Source: Bacteroidetes bacterium 47-18 | Lineage (GTDB): Bacteria > Bacteroidota > Bacteroidia > Chitinophagales > Chitinophagaceae | Assembly (NCBI GenBank): GCA_001897155.1 | Contig: MKSF01000006.1 | Span: forward strand, 94,696 to 158,695 | Direction of reading: 5' to 3' | Length of the DNA: 64,000 bases | In this document: positions 29,085 to 37,329 of the stretch, in pieces | Layout: every line of letters begins with the position of its first letter | Numbering within the stretch: position 1 is the first letter of the stretch | The notes under the pieces: model-generated | The model's input: only the letters and a program-made list of their open reading frames with translations | Told to the model about the DNA's origin: nothing | Database searches by the model: none | Made by a program: the position numbers and the translations under genes

Positions 29085-30935
29085 TCAAGATAACACTTCT
29101 TTTTATAGGATTTAGGAGATTTCTCCATTGCGCTACGCTACAGTCGAAATGACAAGTAATACATCTGGCGTAAGAGCGAATCAGTAACAGACCACCCTAT
29201 GTCATTTCGAGCGAAGTGAAACGGAGTCGGGAAATCTCCTTGCATTTCCAACCAAAAGCTGAAACTTCTGCCTCTACCTAGTCCAGAGACTTTCCATTGC
29301 GCTACGCTACAGTCGAAATGACAAACGGCATGGCTACAGTAAGAAGCGAACCAATAGCACACCTCTTATGTCATTTCGAGCGGAGTGAAACGGAGTCGAG
29401 AAATCTCCTTGCATTTCCAACCAAAAGCTGAAACTTCTGCCTCTACCTAGTCCAGAGACTTTCCATTGCGCTACGCTACAGTCGAAATGACAAGTAGCAT
29501 GTTTAGAGTGAGAAGCGAACCAACAGCCCCCTTATGTCATTTCGAGCGAAGTGAAACGGAGTCGAGAAATCTCCTACATTTCCAACCAAAAGCTGCATCA
29601 CCTGAGCAAGCTAAATACATCATTCATCACTTCATCATTAAAGAATTTCCATTCACTATTCACATTATCAATTAATGTATTCTTCTTGGCTCTGCTCCAT
29701 TTTTTTAGCTGTTTTTCCCTCTCAATAGCAAGTGATATATTTTCAAATACCTCATAATACACCAGCAAAACACAATTGTATCTATCTGAAAAACTATTTA
29801 CAATTAAATGCTGCTCATGTTCATACAATCTTCGTTTCAGATCATTCGTTACCCCTATATACAGAACAGTTTTTGCCTTATTTGTCAATATATATAGAAA
29901 GTATGATTGCATGGTCGAGTTTTTTAATTTACAACCTACCTCTCCTGAATGGTCTTTGAGATTTCTCCATTCCGCTACGCTACAGTCGAAATGACAAGTA
30001 GCATGTTTAGAGTGAGAAGCGAACCAACAGCACACCTCTTATGTCATTTCGAGCGGAGTGAAACGGGGTCGAGAAATCTCCTTGCATTTCCGACCAAACA
30101 CTGACCTTCTGATCTTACCTGGTTTAGAGATTGCCCCATTTCGCTATACTACAGTCGAAATGACAGAGTAACACCTGGGGCAAGAACGAATCAGCAGCAG
30201 ACTCACCCTATGTCATTTCGAGCGGAGTGAAACGGAGTCGAGAAATCTCCTACATTTCCAACCAAAAGCTGAAACTTCTGCCCTATATAGTCCAGAGATT
30301 TCTTCATTCCACTACGCTGCAGTCGAAATGACAGAGTAGCACCTGGGGTAAGAACGAATCCTCACCCTATGTCATTTCGAGCGAAGTGAAACGGAGTCGA
30401 GAAATCACCTTGCATTTCCAACCAAAAGCTGAAACTTCTGCCTCTATCTAGTCCAGAGATTTCTCCATTCCGCTACGCTACAGTCGAAATGACAAGTAGC
30501 ATGTTTAGAGTGAGAAGCGAACCAATAGCCCCCTTATGTCATTTCGAGCGAAGTGAAACGGAGTCGAGAAATCTCTTTGTATTTCCAACCAAACACTGCA
30601 CTTCTAACCTACATAATCTAGAGATTCCTCCATTTCGCTACGCTACAGTCGAAATGACAAGTAGCATGTTTAGAGTGAGAAGCGAACCAATAGTAGCCCC
30701 CTTATGTCATTTCGAGCAAAGTGAAACGGAGTCGAGAAATCTCCTTGCATTTCCAACCAAAAGCTGAAACTTCTGCCTCTATCTAGTCCAGAGATTTCTC
30801 CATTAAGCTACGCTGCAGTCGAAATGACAAATAGTACATTCTGGTGTAAGAACAAATCAGTAGCAGACTCACCCTATGTCATTTCGAGCAAAGTGAAACG
30901 GAGCTGAGAAGTTTATTATTACCTGTGCTTTAAGC
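29085..30935. repeat. Structured repeat array D: about 9 tandem ~168-bp composite units (GGAGATTTCTCCATTGCGCTACGCTACAGTCGAAATGACAAG - ~40 nt variable loop - TTATGTCATTTCGAGCGAAGTGAAACGGAGTCGAGAAATCTCC - linker TTGCATTTCCAACCAAAAGCTGAAACTTCTGCCTCTACCTAGTCCAGAGAC), interrupted by a GIY-YIG gene
   Basis: Core TGTCATTTCGAGC recurs at ~29208, 29369, 29535, 30040, 30210, 30370, 30535, 30705 and 30880. The unit ends (GGAGATTTCTC / GAGAAATCTCC; CAGTCGAAATGACA / TGTCATTTCGAG) are reverse complements, giving a long imperfect hairpin. Confidence 0.8.
29598..29912 (-). CDS. GIY-YIG nuclease family protein (small, ~104 aa)
   Basis: MQSYFLYILTNKAKTVLYIGVTNDLKRRLYEHEQ...REKQLKKWSRAKK has the GIY-YIG core. 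The longer ORF (to 30035) reads through a repeat unit, so the start is set at the Met preceding the domain. AT-rich. Inserted at a repeat-unit boundary. Confidence 0.7.
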   Translation of the reverse strand: MQSYFLYILTNKAKTVLYIGVTNDLKRRLYEHEQHLIVNSFSDRYNCVLLVYYEVFENISLAIEREKQLKKWSRAKKNTLIDNVNSEWKFFNDEVMNDVFSLLR

Positions 30936-30979
30936 ATGCTCTGCTAAAATGATGATCTTCCAATTAAGAGCGCACACCT

Positions 30980-33022
30980 CTACCCCAGCTTCCTGTTTGA
31001 CCAGCCCAGGTTGCTGACCATATTCATCAGGTTCATAATGAACGGACGGTCTTCGTCTGAGCTTTGCTGCTGCATCTTTAAGAGGATACCGGATATGGTC
31101 AGGTTCTTCAGATCGTTGGTGCTGACATTATATTTCTCAGCAAAATCCCTGATCTTATCCATCAGATCGCCGTTATTGGTACCATCTCCTATCAATGCCT
31201 GCTTGATATGCGTAGCATGCTCGCTTTCATTGATGAGCCTGTCAAATCCTTTAGCATTGGAAATCTGGTTCACAATATTCTGGAAGAACATACTTTCACC
31301 ACCTACAATATCTATTTTCGCTGTCTTCATCGCTTCACCCAGCACCTCAGCCTGCGCATCTGCAATATCTTTCTGGATGCGTATCTGCGCTAATGCGATG
31401 TCCTTGTCCTTCTGTACCAGTATCTTGAACTCTTCGTGCTCTTTACCCACACCATCCAGCTTTTTCATAGCTTCCGCTTTCTCTTCGATACCTTTGGCTT
31501 CCGCCAGCGCTTTCTCTCTTAAGATATCGGCTTCCATCATACCCTCTTTGCGTTTGGCGTCTGCCATTTTCTCTACAATAGTAGCCTCTACTATACCCTG
31601 GCGCTCTTCTGCAGCCGCTTTTGCCAGCATCACCTCTGCCTCGGACAGACCGATGGTCGCTTCTTCACGGGCCTGGGCCTCTGCCAGTATCTTACGGGCT
31701 TCCGCCTGCTTGGCTGCCGCTTCTTTACGGGCCTCAGCATCTATCAGCATCTGCCTGGCTTTCTCTTCTGCTGCTCTTTTCTCAGCTTCCGCCGCTTTCA
31801 CGGTATGGATCAGCTTTTCTTCCGCTGCCCTTGACGCTTCGGTAATACCTACCGTTTTGCTTCTTTCCACTTCACGGAATGCTTCTACGTCCTTAATGCT
31901 TTGCTGCTCTTCCACCACGCCTTTTTCCAGCTTCACACGCTCCCTGATGACGTCCTGTATGTTCTTACGCTCTACCTCTACCGTTTTCTCTTTCTCTATC
32001 TGTGCCAGGGTCACGATCTTTTCACGCTCCGTTACTTCCAGCATCCTGTCTTTTTCCACACGCTCCGTTTCCACGGCATCTGTCCTGAGCTTACTCTTCT
32101 CCGCTATGATGATCTGGCGCAGCTTGTTCTCTTGCTGGATAGCCAGCTGCTCTTCCGTTTTGATCTTTACGGTCTGGGCTTTGAGCCTTTCCTCTTCCCG
32201 CACTTTTACGATCTCTGCTTCTTCACGCGCCTTGATATTATCAATTTCACGCTTTTGCTTTTCTTCTTTCTCTGCCATCTGGCGCTCCAGCTCCAGGATA
32301 GCTTCCCGTGCTTCCACATTCTGCTTTTTGATCACTTTCTCTTCTTCCCTGCGGATCAGGTTCGCTTTGATATTTTGTGCCGCGGTCAGCTCCGTGATTT
32401 TCTTGATACCTTCCGAATCCAGGATATTTTCCGGGCTCAGGTAGCGCAGCTCCGTCTGTTCCAGGTAGTCAATGGCACAGTCATCCAGGATATAGCCGTT
32501 CAGGTCCGTACCGATCACGTTCAATATCTCGTCCCGGAATTCACGACGCGCCTCGTACAGCTCCGTGAAGTCGAATTTCTTACCGGCCGTTTTCAGCGCC
32601 TCGGAGAATTTAGCTTCAAACAGGTGCGTCAGCGTAGAGACATCACTGGCCCGCTCACAACCTATCACCTGCGCCACATTCAGCACATCGTCCACATTTT
32701 TATTGACACGCACAAAGAACGCCACTTTGATATCCGCACGGATATTATCCCTACAGATCAGGCCGTCATGCTCCATGCGGTCTATCTGCAGCTTTTTGAC
32801 GGAGATATCCATGATCTCCATCTTATGAAGAATGGGAATGACATACATCCCTTTGTTAAAGGCCACCTTGCTGCCACCCACACCGGTCCTTACAATGGCC
32901 TTGCCCTGCGGTATCTTCTTATAAAAAGTAGCGAAGGCAAATAAAACAATAAGCAATATAAACACCACACCGCCAATCGTCATCAGGGTTAAACCGCCCA
33001 GGTTATCTAAAAATGCTCCCAT
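30980..33022 (-). CDS. Flotillin family protein (SPFH/band-7 domain plus long E/K/A-rich coiled coil), YqiK-like
   Basis: N-terminal TM helix, then SPFH domain (GKAIVRTGVGGSKV...VIPILHKMEIMDISVKKLQ...), then ~350 aa EA-rich coiled coil. 680 aa. Confidence 0.85.
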   Translation of the reverse strand: MGAFLDNLGGLTLMTIGGVVFILLIVLFAFATFYKKIPQGKAIVRTGVGGSKVAFNKGMYVIPILHKMEIMDISVKKLQIDRMEHDGLICRDNIRADIKVAFFVRVNKNVDDVLNVAQVIGCERASDVSTLTHLFEAKFSEALKTAGKKFDFTELYEARREFRDEILNVIGTDLNGYILDDCAIDYLEQTELRYLSPENILDSEGIKKITELTAAQNIKANLIRREEEKVIKKQNVEAREAILELERQMAEKEEKQKREIDNIKAREEAEIVKVREEERLKAQTVKIKTEEQLAIQQENKLRQIIIAEKSKLRTDAVETERVEKDRMLEVTEREKIVTLAQIEKEKTVEVERKNIQDVIRERVKLEKGVVEEQQSIKDVEAFREVERSKTVGITEASRAAEEKLIHTVKAAEAEKRAAEEKARQMLIDAEARKEAAAKQAEARKILAEAQAREEATIGLSEAEVMLAKAAAEERQGIVEATIVEKMADAKRKEGMMEADILREKALAEAKGIEEKAEAMKKLDGVGKEHEEFKILVQKDKDIALAQIRIQKDIADAQAEVLGEAMKTAKIDIVGGESMFFQNIVNQISNAKGFDRLINESEHATHIKQALIGDGTNNGDLMDKIRDFAEKYNVSTNDLKNLTISGILLKMQQQSSDEDRPFIMNLMNMVSNLGWSNRKLG

Positions 33023-33067
33023 AAGTTAAAAAGATTGTTTAAAATGGTTAAATGATATTTTAGTATT

Positions 33068-33727
33068 TCAGTCATTCAATACGTTATGGATATTGATATC
33101 CGGCTCCACCAGGTAATATCTTCCGCTATCCGCATCGCTCATCAGCGTGACTTCCGCGCCGTACGGGATAGCCCCGCCGCTTTTGCTTTTCACGAGCACC
33201 CTGATCACATCATTGAGGATGACCACTTCCGCATATCCCAGCTTATCTCCCGATATGGCCGATTTCATCCGGGCGGTCCTGCCGATGAGCTCATGCTGCT
33301 CTTCTCCGTTATATCCCATTGATCTGTATATCCTGATTAAAGGCCGTGTTGCCAGCCGGGTTAAAAAATAAGCGAGGATGAAGACAGGTATCAGTATCAA
33401 TCCTGATTTCCAGCCCCAGCTCCCTATATTCCAGATCATGGAGGAAGCCAGGGTAAACATCCATGCAATGAACTTAAAAGTGCTCAATACTACCATTACA
33501 GGCACTTTTCCCACGTTGATAAACGCCAGCGCCCTGGAGAAGAAAGAGGGCCCTTCCACTCCTCCCTGGGCATCCACATCCACTCCTGCCTCCAGGTCCA
33601 TATCCAGGTCACCCAGGAAATCTCCCGAAATAAAGGTCAGCAGCCAGTAAATGGCAGACAGGCTTACCAGCACTGTCATGATCGCATTCGGCAGCGGATG
33701 AAAAAAGTAATTTAAGATGTCAGCCAT
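33068..33727 (-). CDS. YqiJ-like / NfeD-type inner-membrane protein (DUF1449-like), flotillin partner
   Basis: Multi-TM N-terminal part plus a C-terminal soluble beta-rich segment (KLGYAEVVILNDVIRVLVKSKSG..GAEVTLMSD). Immediately upstream of flotillin, as in E. coli yqiJK. Confidence 0.55.
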   Translation of the reverse strand: MADILNYFFHPLPNAIMTVLVSLSAIYWLLTFISGDFLGDLDMDLEAGVDVDAQGGVEGPSFFSRALAFINVGKVPVMVVLSTFKFIAWMFTLASSMIWNIGSWGWKSGLILIPVFILAYFLTRLATRPLIRIYRSMGYNGEEQHELIGRTARMKSAISGDKLGYAEVVILNDVIRVLVKSKSGGAIPYGAEVTLMSDADSGRYYLVEPDINIHNVLND

Positions 33728-33748
33728 AGTATTGATAATTTTAAGATA

Positions 33749-34447
33749 TTACATGCCCAGCTTTTGCTTTAAGGCCGCCAGCTCTTTGTCCACCGACAGG
33801 CTATCATCTTTCAATATCCTGTCGATCTCGCTTTTGCTGTCCTGCTTTTCATGGGCGATCTCGCCATATGCCCTAGCCAGGGCTTCCTGGTCATCGGCTT
33901 TCTCTTTCATCCGTTCCAGCATCACGATAGTACTGTCACTGTCAATCTGGGCTATTTGCTTATTGACCTGCTGGGTGGCGGCGCTTACCTTCACCCGTGC
34001 GCGCAATGTCTTAAGCTCTTTTTCCCATTTGGCGAGGTTCTCCTGCAGCACGCGGATATTCTTCTGCATCTCTTCCACGGTATGCTCATGCATCACCGCC
34101 TGCTGCTCCAGGTCCAGGGCATCCTCGGCATATTGGCGCTTTAACGATAAGGCTTCCCGGGCGAGCTGCTCTGCCTTTCCTGCTTCCAGTTCCCTGTGCT
34201 GTGCCTTTTGCAGTATCAGCACCGCCTTTTCACCGTATGCGTCAGACTGCTTGATGCACTGCTCCTGCTCGTTGCGGGTCCTGAGCGCCAGGGCCTTTAT
34301 TTTTGCATACGCTTCGGTCGCATTGGCGAGGTCGTCCCTTAATTCGCGGAGACCCTGTTCCGTCATCCTGACCGGATCTTCCATCCGTTCGACAGCGGCA
34401 TGTATCTCCGCCTGTCCTATCCTGAAAAGCCTTTTAAAGATATTCAT
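33749..34447 (-). CDS. pspA: PspA/IM30 (Vipp1) family protein, ESCRT-III-like
   Basis: MNIFKRLFRIGQAEIHAAVERMEDPVRMTEQGLRELRDDL... is collinear with E. coli PspA ([40 protein letters not shown]). All-helical. 232 aa. Confidence 0.85.
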   Translation of the reverse strand: MNIFKRLFRIGQAEIHAAVERMEDPVRMTEQGLRELRDDLANATEAYAKIKALALRTRNEQEQCIKQSDAYGEKAVLILQKAQHRELEAGKAEQLAREALSLKRQYAEDALDLEQQAVMHEHTVEEMQKNIRVLQENLAKWEKELKTLRARVKVSAATQQVNKQIAQIDSDSTIVMLERMKEKADDQEALARAYGEIAHEKQDSKSEIDRILKDDSLSVDKELAALKQKLGM

Positions 34448-34459
34448 AACAATCAGTTT

Positions 34460-34858
34460 TTATAGTTTAGAAAATTCAATTATTTTATCAGCATATTCGT
34501 GCAAAAGCAGCCCCAGGGCGTTTAAAGCACTTTCAAATTCATTATAATCCAGGTTCTCCAGTTGCATGGTATAGCGGTACAATACCTTGTCACCTTCCTC
34601 GTTGATAACGAAGGCCCCGTGCAGCATATCCCGGTTCTTCTGCAGCAGCGCCTTAAATACGGCCACATTATCACTGGTAAAAGCGAACAGGTAGTATTCC
34701 ATGATCAGCACCGGAGGCACCACGCCGAGTATCAGGTGCCGGATGCCGTCCTGCTCGTTCTCAATTTTGATGATGCCGGATGCCTCATCCCTATACAGCA
34801 CTTTGTATTCTGCCTGCTTTACAAAATCCAGGATCTTATTGATATACATTACTCTCAT
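34460..34858 (-). CDS. YbjN-domain protein (T3SS-chaperone-like fold, putative sensory transduction regulator)
   Basis: 132 aa. Sequence pattern typical of the YbjN family. First gene of the pspA/flotillin operon. Confidence 0.55.
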   Translation of the reverse strand: MRVMYINKILDFVKQAEYKVLYRDEASGIIKIENEQDGIRHLILGVVPPVLIMEYYLFAFTSDNVAVFKALLQKNRDMLHGAFVINEEGDKVLYRYTMQLENLDYNEFESALNALGLLLHEYADKIIEFSKL

Positions 34859-34924
34859 CTACTGTATATTTTTTGATTTAAAAATAATCTTTATCTTTAC
34901 GCTATCAAAATTAGCAAAATAAAA

Positions 34925-34953
34925 TTAAAATGCAAATAATTTTAGCATTTTAA
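34925..34953. promoter_or_regulatory. Palindromic candidate operator TTAAAATGC-N11-GCATTTTAA in the divergent XRE-regulator / ybjN-pspA promoter region
   Basis: 9-bp perfect inverted arms around an AT-rich centre, 20 bp upstream of the regulator ATG. Confidence 0.4.
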
Positions 34954-34972
34954 TTTGAAAAAATTCCACGGC

Positions 34973-35650
34973 ATGACCAAGATAGGCAGTAACATCAAGA
35001 AAATAAGGAAAACAAAGGGACTGACGCAGCAATCCTTTGCAGACCTGTTTGATATAAGCAGGGGCAATATATCCTCCTACGAGGAGGACCGGGCAGAGCC
35101 CAGGATCGAAACGATCATTAAAATTGCTAATTATTTTAGCATACCATTAGAAAGCCTGCTAACAAAAGAATTGACGGTTAATGAGATCCTGCAGTATAAT
35201 ACGGACAGGCTGCTGGAAGAGGAGCATAAATTGTCCACGCTGAAGATAAAAGTGGTGCCTTATATCAATGAGGATATATTGGTGAAGGGCCTTCACGGTG
35301 AATTAAGCTTTGAAGATTTTGATGCCTATCCTCTTATTAAAATACCGGAAACCAACCCGTTCAGGGTGATCGCGCTGAGCTTCAACAGCAATATCCCTCA
35401 TCACCAGTTGTTCGAAAAATACACGTCCAACGACATACTTTTCTTTGTGCATGTAAGCACTCATAATATTCACCTGGTCAACAAAAAAGCCGGCCTCCTG
35501 CTGGCTCCCCACCAGCTCACACTGGGGCAGTTCCAGCAGGAGGACGGCATTATACAGCTCACGCTGAACCAGCAGCAGCAGGAAACCGTTGATCTTGCAA
35601 AGTCCAACCGCTACTGGAAATTATTCGCCACATACCAGCATACCAAATAA
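34973..35650 (+). CDS. XRE-family helix-turn-helix transcriptional regulator with C-terminal uncharacterised domain
   Basis: IRKTKGLTQQSFADLFDISRGNISSYEEDRAEPRIETIIKIANYFSIPLESLL (HTH_3/XRE). The ORF track starts at a TTG at 34955. The ATG at 34973 is preferred. Confidence 0.65.
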   Translation: MTKIGSNIKKIRKTKGLTQQSFADLFDISRGNISSYEEDRAEPRIETIIKIANYFSIPLESLLTKELTVNEILQYNTDRLLEEEHKLSTLKIKVVPYINEDILVKGLHGELSFEDFDAYPLIKIPETNPFRVIALSFNSNIPHHQLFEKYTSNDILFFVHVSTHNIHLVNKKAGLLLAPHQLTLGQFQQEDGIIQLTLNQQQQETVDLAKSNRYWKLFATYQHTK

Positions 35651-35657
35651 AGCATAA

Positions 35658-35707
35658 GGGCGCTTAAAGGATCAGCCCGGTTCTCCTTTAAGCACCCTGT
35701 ATTTTTA
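35658..35707. terminator. Bidirectional terminator between convergent genes (13-bp stem GGGCGCTTAAAGGA/TCCTTTAAGCACCC, then TGTATTTTTA)
   Basis: Inverted repeat with one mismatch followed by a T-rich tract. Confidence 0.5.
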
Positions 35708-37108
35708 GCCCAGCCCGATCGTTTCATGGAGGGCAGGTATCAGCACATCCCTGAACCCTTTCCTGATCAGCCTGGTCTTGAAGGCTTCCTGTACATCATA
35801 TTCGCCATGGACCAGGATCAGCTTTTCCACCAGGGACGGGTCCTGGCAGGCCAGCCACTGGCTGATCTCCCCGTAATCCCCATGGGCACTAAGGCTGTCA
35901 ATTTCAGCGATCTCCGCCTGCACTTCATGATCCACACCGAAAATACCCACCTTCTGCGGCCTGTTCTTCAGCCGGCCGCCCAGGCTCTGCGGCTCACAAT
36001 AGCCCACCAGCAGTATGGTATTCCTGGCCGACGAAATATTATTGGCTATATGATGCTTTACCCTGCCCGCTTCCGCCATGCCCGAGGCGGAGATGATCAC
36101 CATAGGCCGCTTATCGCTGTTGAGCGATTTGGAGGTCTCCACATCATCTACAAGGACCAGGCCCCTGAACATAAAAGGATCATCATCCTTTTCCAGCAGC
36201 CTCCGTACGTCATCATTAAATAATTCCGGGAATCTTTTCACCGTCTGCGTCGCCTCTACCGACAGCGGGCTGTCCACCACATACAGGAGATCGGGCAGGC
36301 GGTTTTCCTGCTCCAGCTGGTTAAGGGCATACAGCAATTCCTGTGTCCTGCCCACGCTGAAGGAAGGGATGATCAGCTTGCCTTTCTTATGCAGGCAGGT
36401 GTGCTCAATATGCTGCAGCAGCATCTCCGCGGGAGGCTGTGTCAGCGGGTGCAGCGTATCGCCATAGGTAGATTCCAGGATCAGCACTTCCGCCTGGGGG
36501 AAGGGCTGCGGTGATTTCAGCAGGGGATCTCCATACCTGCCCACATCGCCGCTGAAAGTAAGGCGCGTGGTCTTGCCGTTTTCCTTGATCTTCAGGTGGA
36601 CAGCCGCGCTGCCGATGATATGACCCACATCCGTGTACATCAGCTCCACCTGGTCATCCAGCTTTATCCATTCACCATAGGGCATTATTTCCAGTAGCGC
36701 TACCGCACGGTGCACATCCTCTATCGTGTACAGGGGCTTAGCCAGCGGCTTACCCTGCTCCTGCCTGATCCTGTTCACATATCTTATATCCGCTTCCTGT
36801 ATATTGGCGCTGTCCCTGAGCAGTATCGCTCCAAGGGCCTCTGTTGCGGGCGTACAGTACACCTTCCCGTTAAAGCCTTCCTTCACCAGCTTGGGCAGCA
36901 GCCCTATATGGTCAATATGCGCGTGAGATAAAATGACATAGTCCACTTCCGACGGCTCAAACCCGAACTCACTATTCAGCGCTATCGTCTCTTTTCCCAG
37001 TCCCTGGAACATACCGCAGTCCAGCAGGATCTTTTTATCGGGATGAATATGTAATAAATGCTTGGAACCGGTTACCGTTCTTGCCGCTCCATGAAAAGAT
37101 ATCTTCAT
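35705..37108 (-). CDS. MBL-fold metallo-hydrolase with beta-CASP/RNA-specificity domain (RNase J / CPSF-like)
   Basis: MKISFHGAARTVTGSKHLL..LDCGMFQG. HAHIDH motif (ILSHAHIDHIG). C-terminal beta-CASP. The 567-aa ORF extension upstream lacks homology and is hydrophobic junk, so the start is set at 37108. Confidence 0.7.
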   Translation of the reverse strand: MKISFHGAARTVTGSKHLLHIHPDKKILLDCGMFQGLGKETIALNSEFGFEPSEVDYVILSHAHIDHIGLLPKLVKEGFNGKVYCTPATEALGAILLRDSANIQEADIRYVNRIRQEQGKPLAKPLYTIEDVHRAVALLEIMPYGEWIKLDDQVELMYTDVGHIIGSAAVHLKIKENGKTTRLTFSGDVGRYGDPLLKSPQPFPQAEVLILESTYGDTLHPLTQPPAEMLLQHIEHTCLHKKGKLIIPSFSVGRTQELLYALNQLEQENRLPDLLYVVDSPLSVEATQTVKRFPELFNDDVRRLLEKDDDPFMFRGLVLVDDVETSKSLNSDKRPMVIISASGMAEAGRVKHHIANNISSARNTILLVGYCEPQSLGGRLKNRPQKVGIFGVDHEVQAEIAEIDSLSAHGDYGEISQWLACQDPSLVEKLILVHGEYDVQEAFKTRLIRKGFRDVLIPALHETIGLG

Positions 37109-37329
37109 ACCTAAAAGTTTGCAACTAAAGTAATACATTAATTCCAGAAAATATGCCGCAACTATATTTATCGCACCAGGACACCGCGAATATTCCCCAA
37201 CCCTTCCCGGACGTGCTTTCACCCTGTCTTTACCTGAAGCGCAATAACATATGCACAGCAATAAATTGCTATACATATATATAACAACAATTGGCATCGT
37301 TTTTGTTATTAAACTTGTAAAATATTGAT

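Noticed and set aside
29085-30935. Possible CRISPR array (regular ~168-bp periodicity with a variable ~40-nt segment per unit)
   Set aside because: The conserved part is ~125 bp (far longer than CRISPR repeats). The variable segments are related to one another (for example GTAGCATGTTTAGAGTGAGAAGCGAACCAA... recurs in 5 units) rather than unique spacers. The units are long palindromes. No cas genes are nearby.
31011-32944. Long antisense ORFs inside the flotillin gene (477-aa Ser-rich ORF at 31011-32444, 347 aa at 31901-32944)
   Set aside because: These are low-complexity mirror translations of the E/K/A coiled-coil coding strand. The sense-strand flotillin has a clear SPFH domain.
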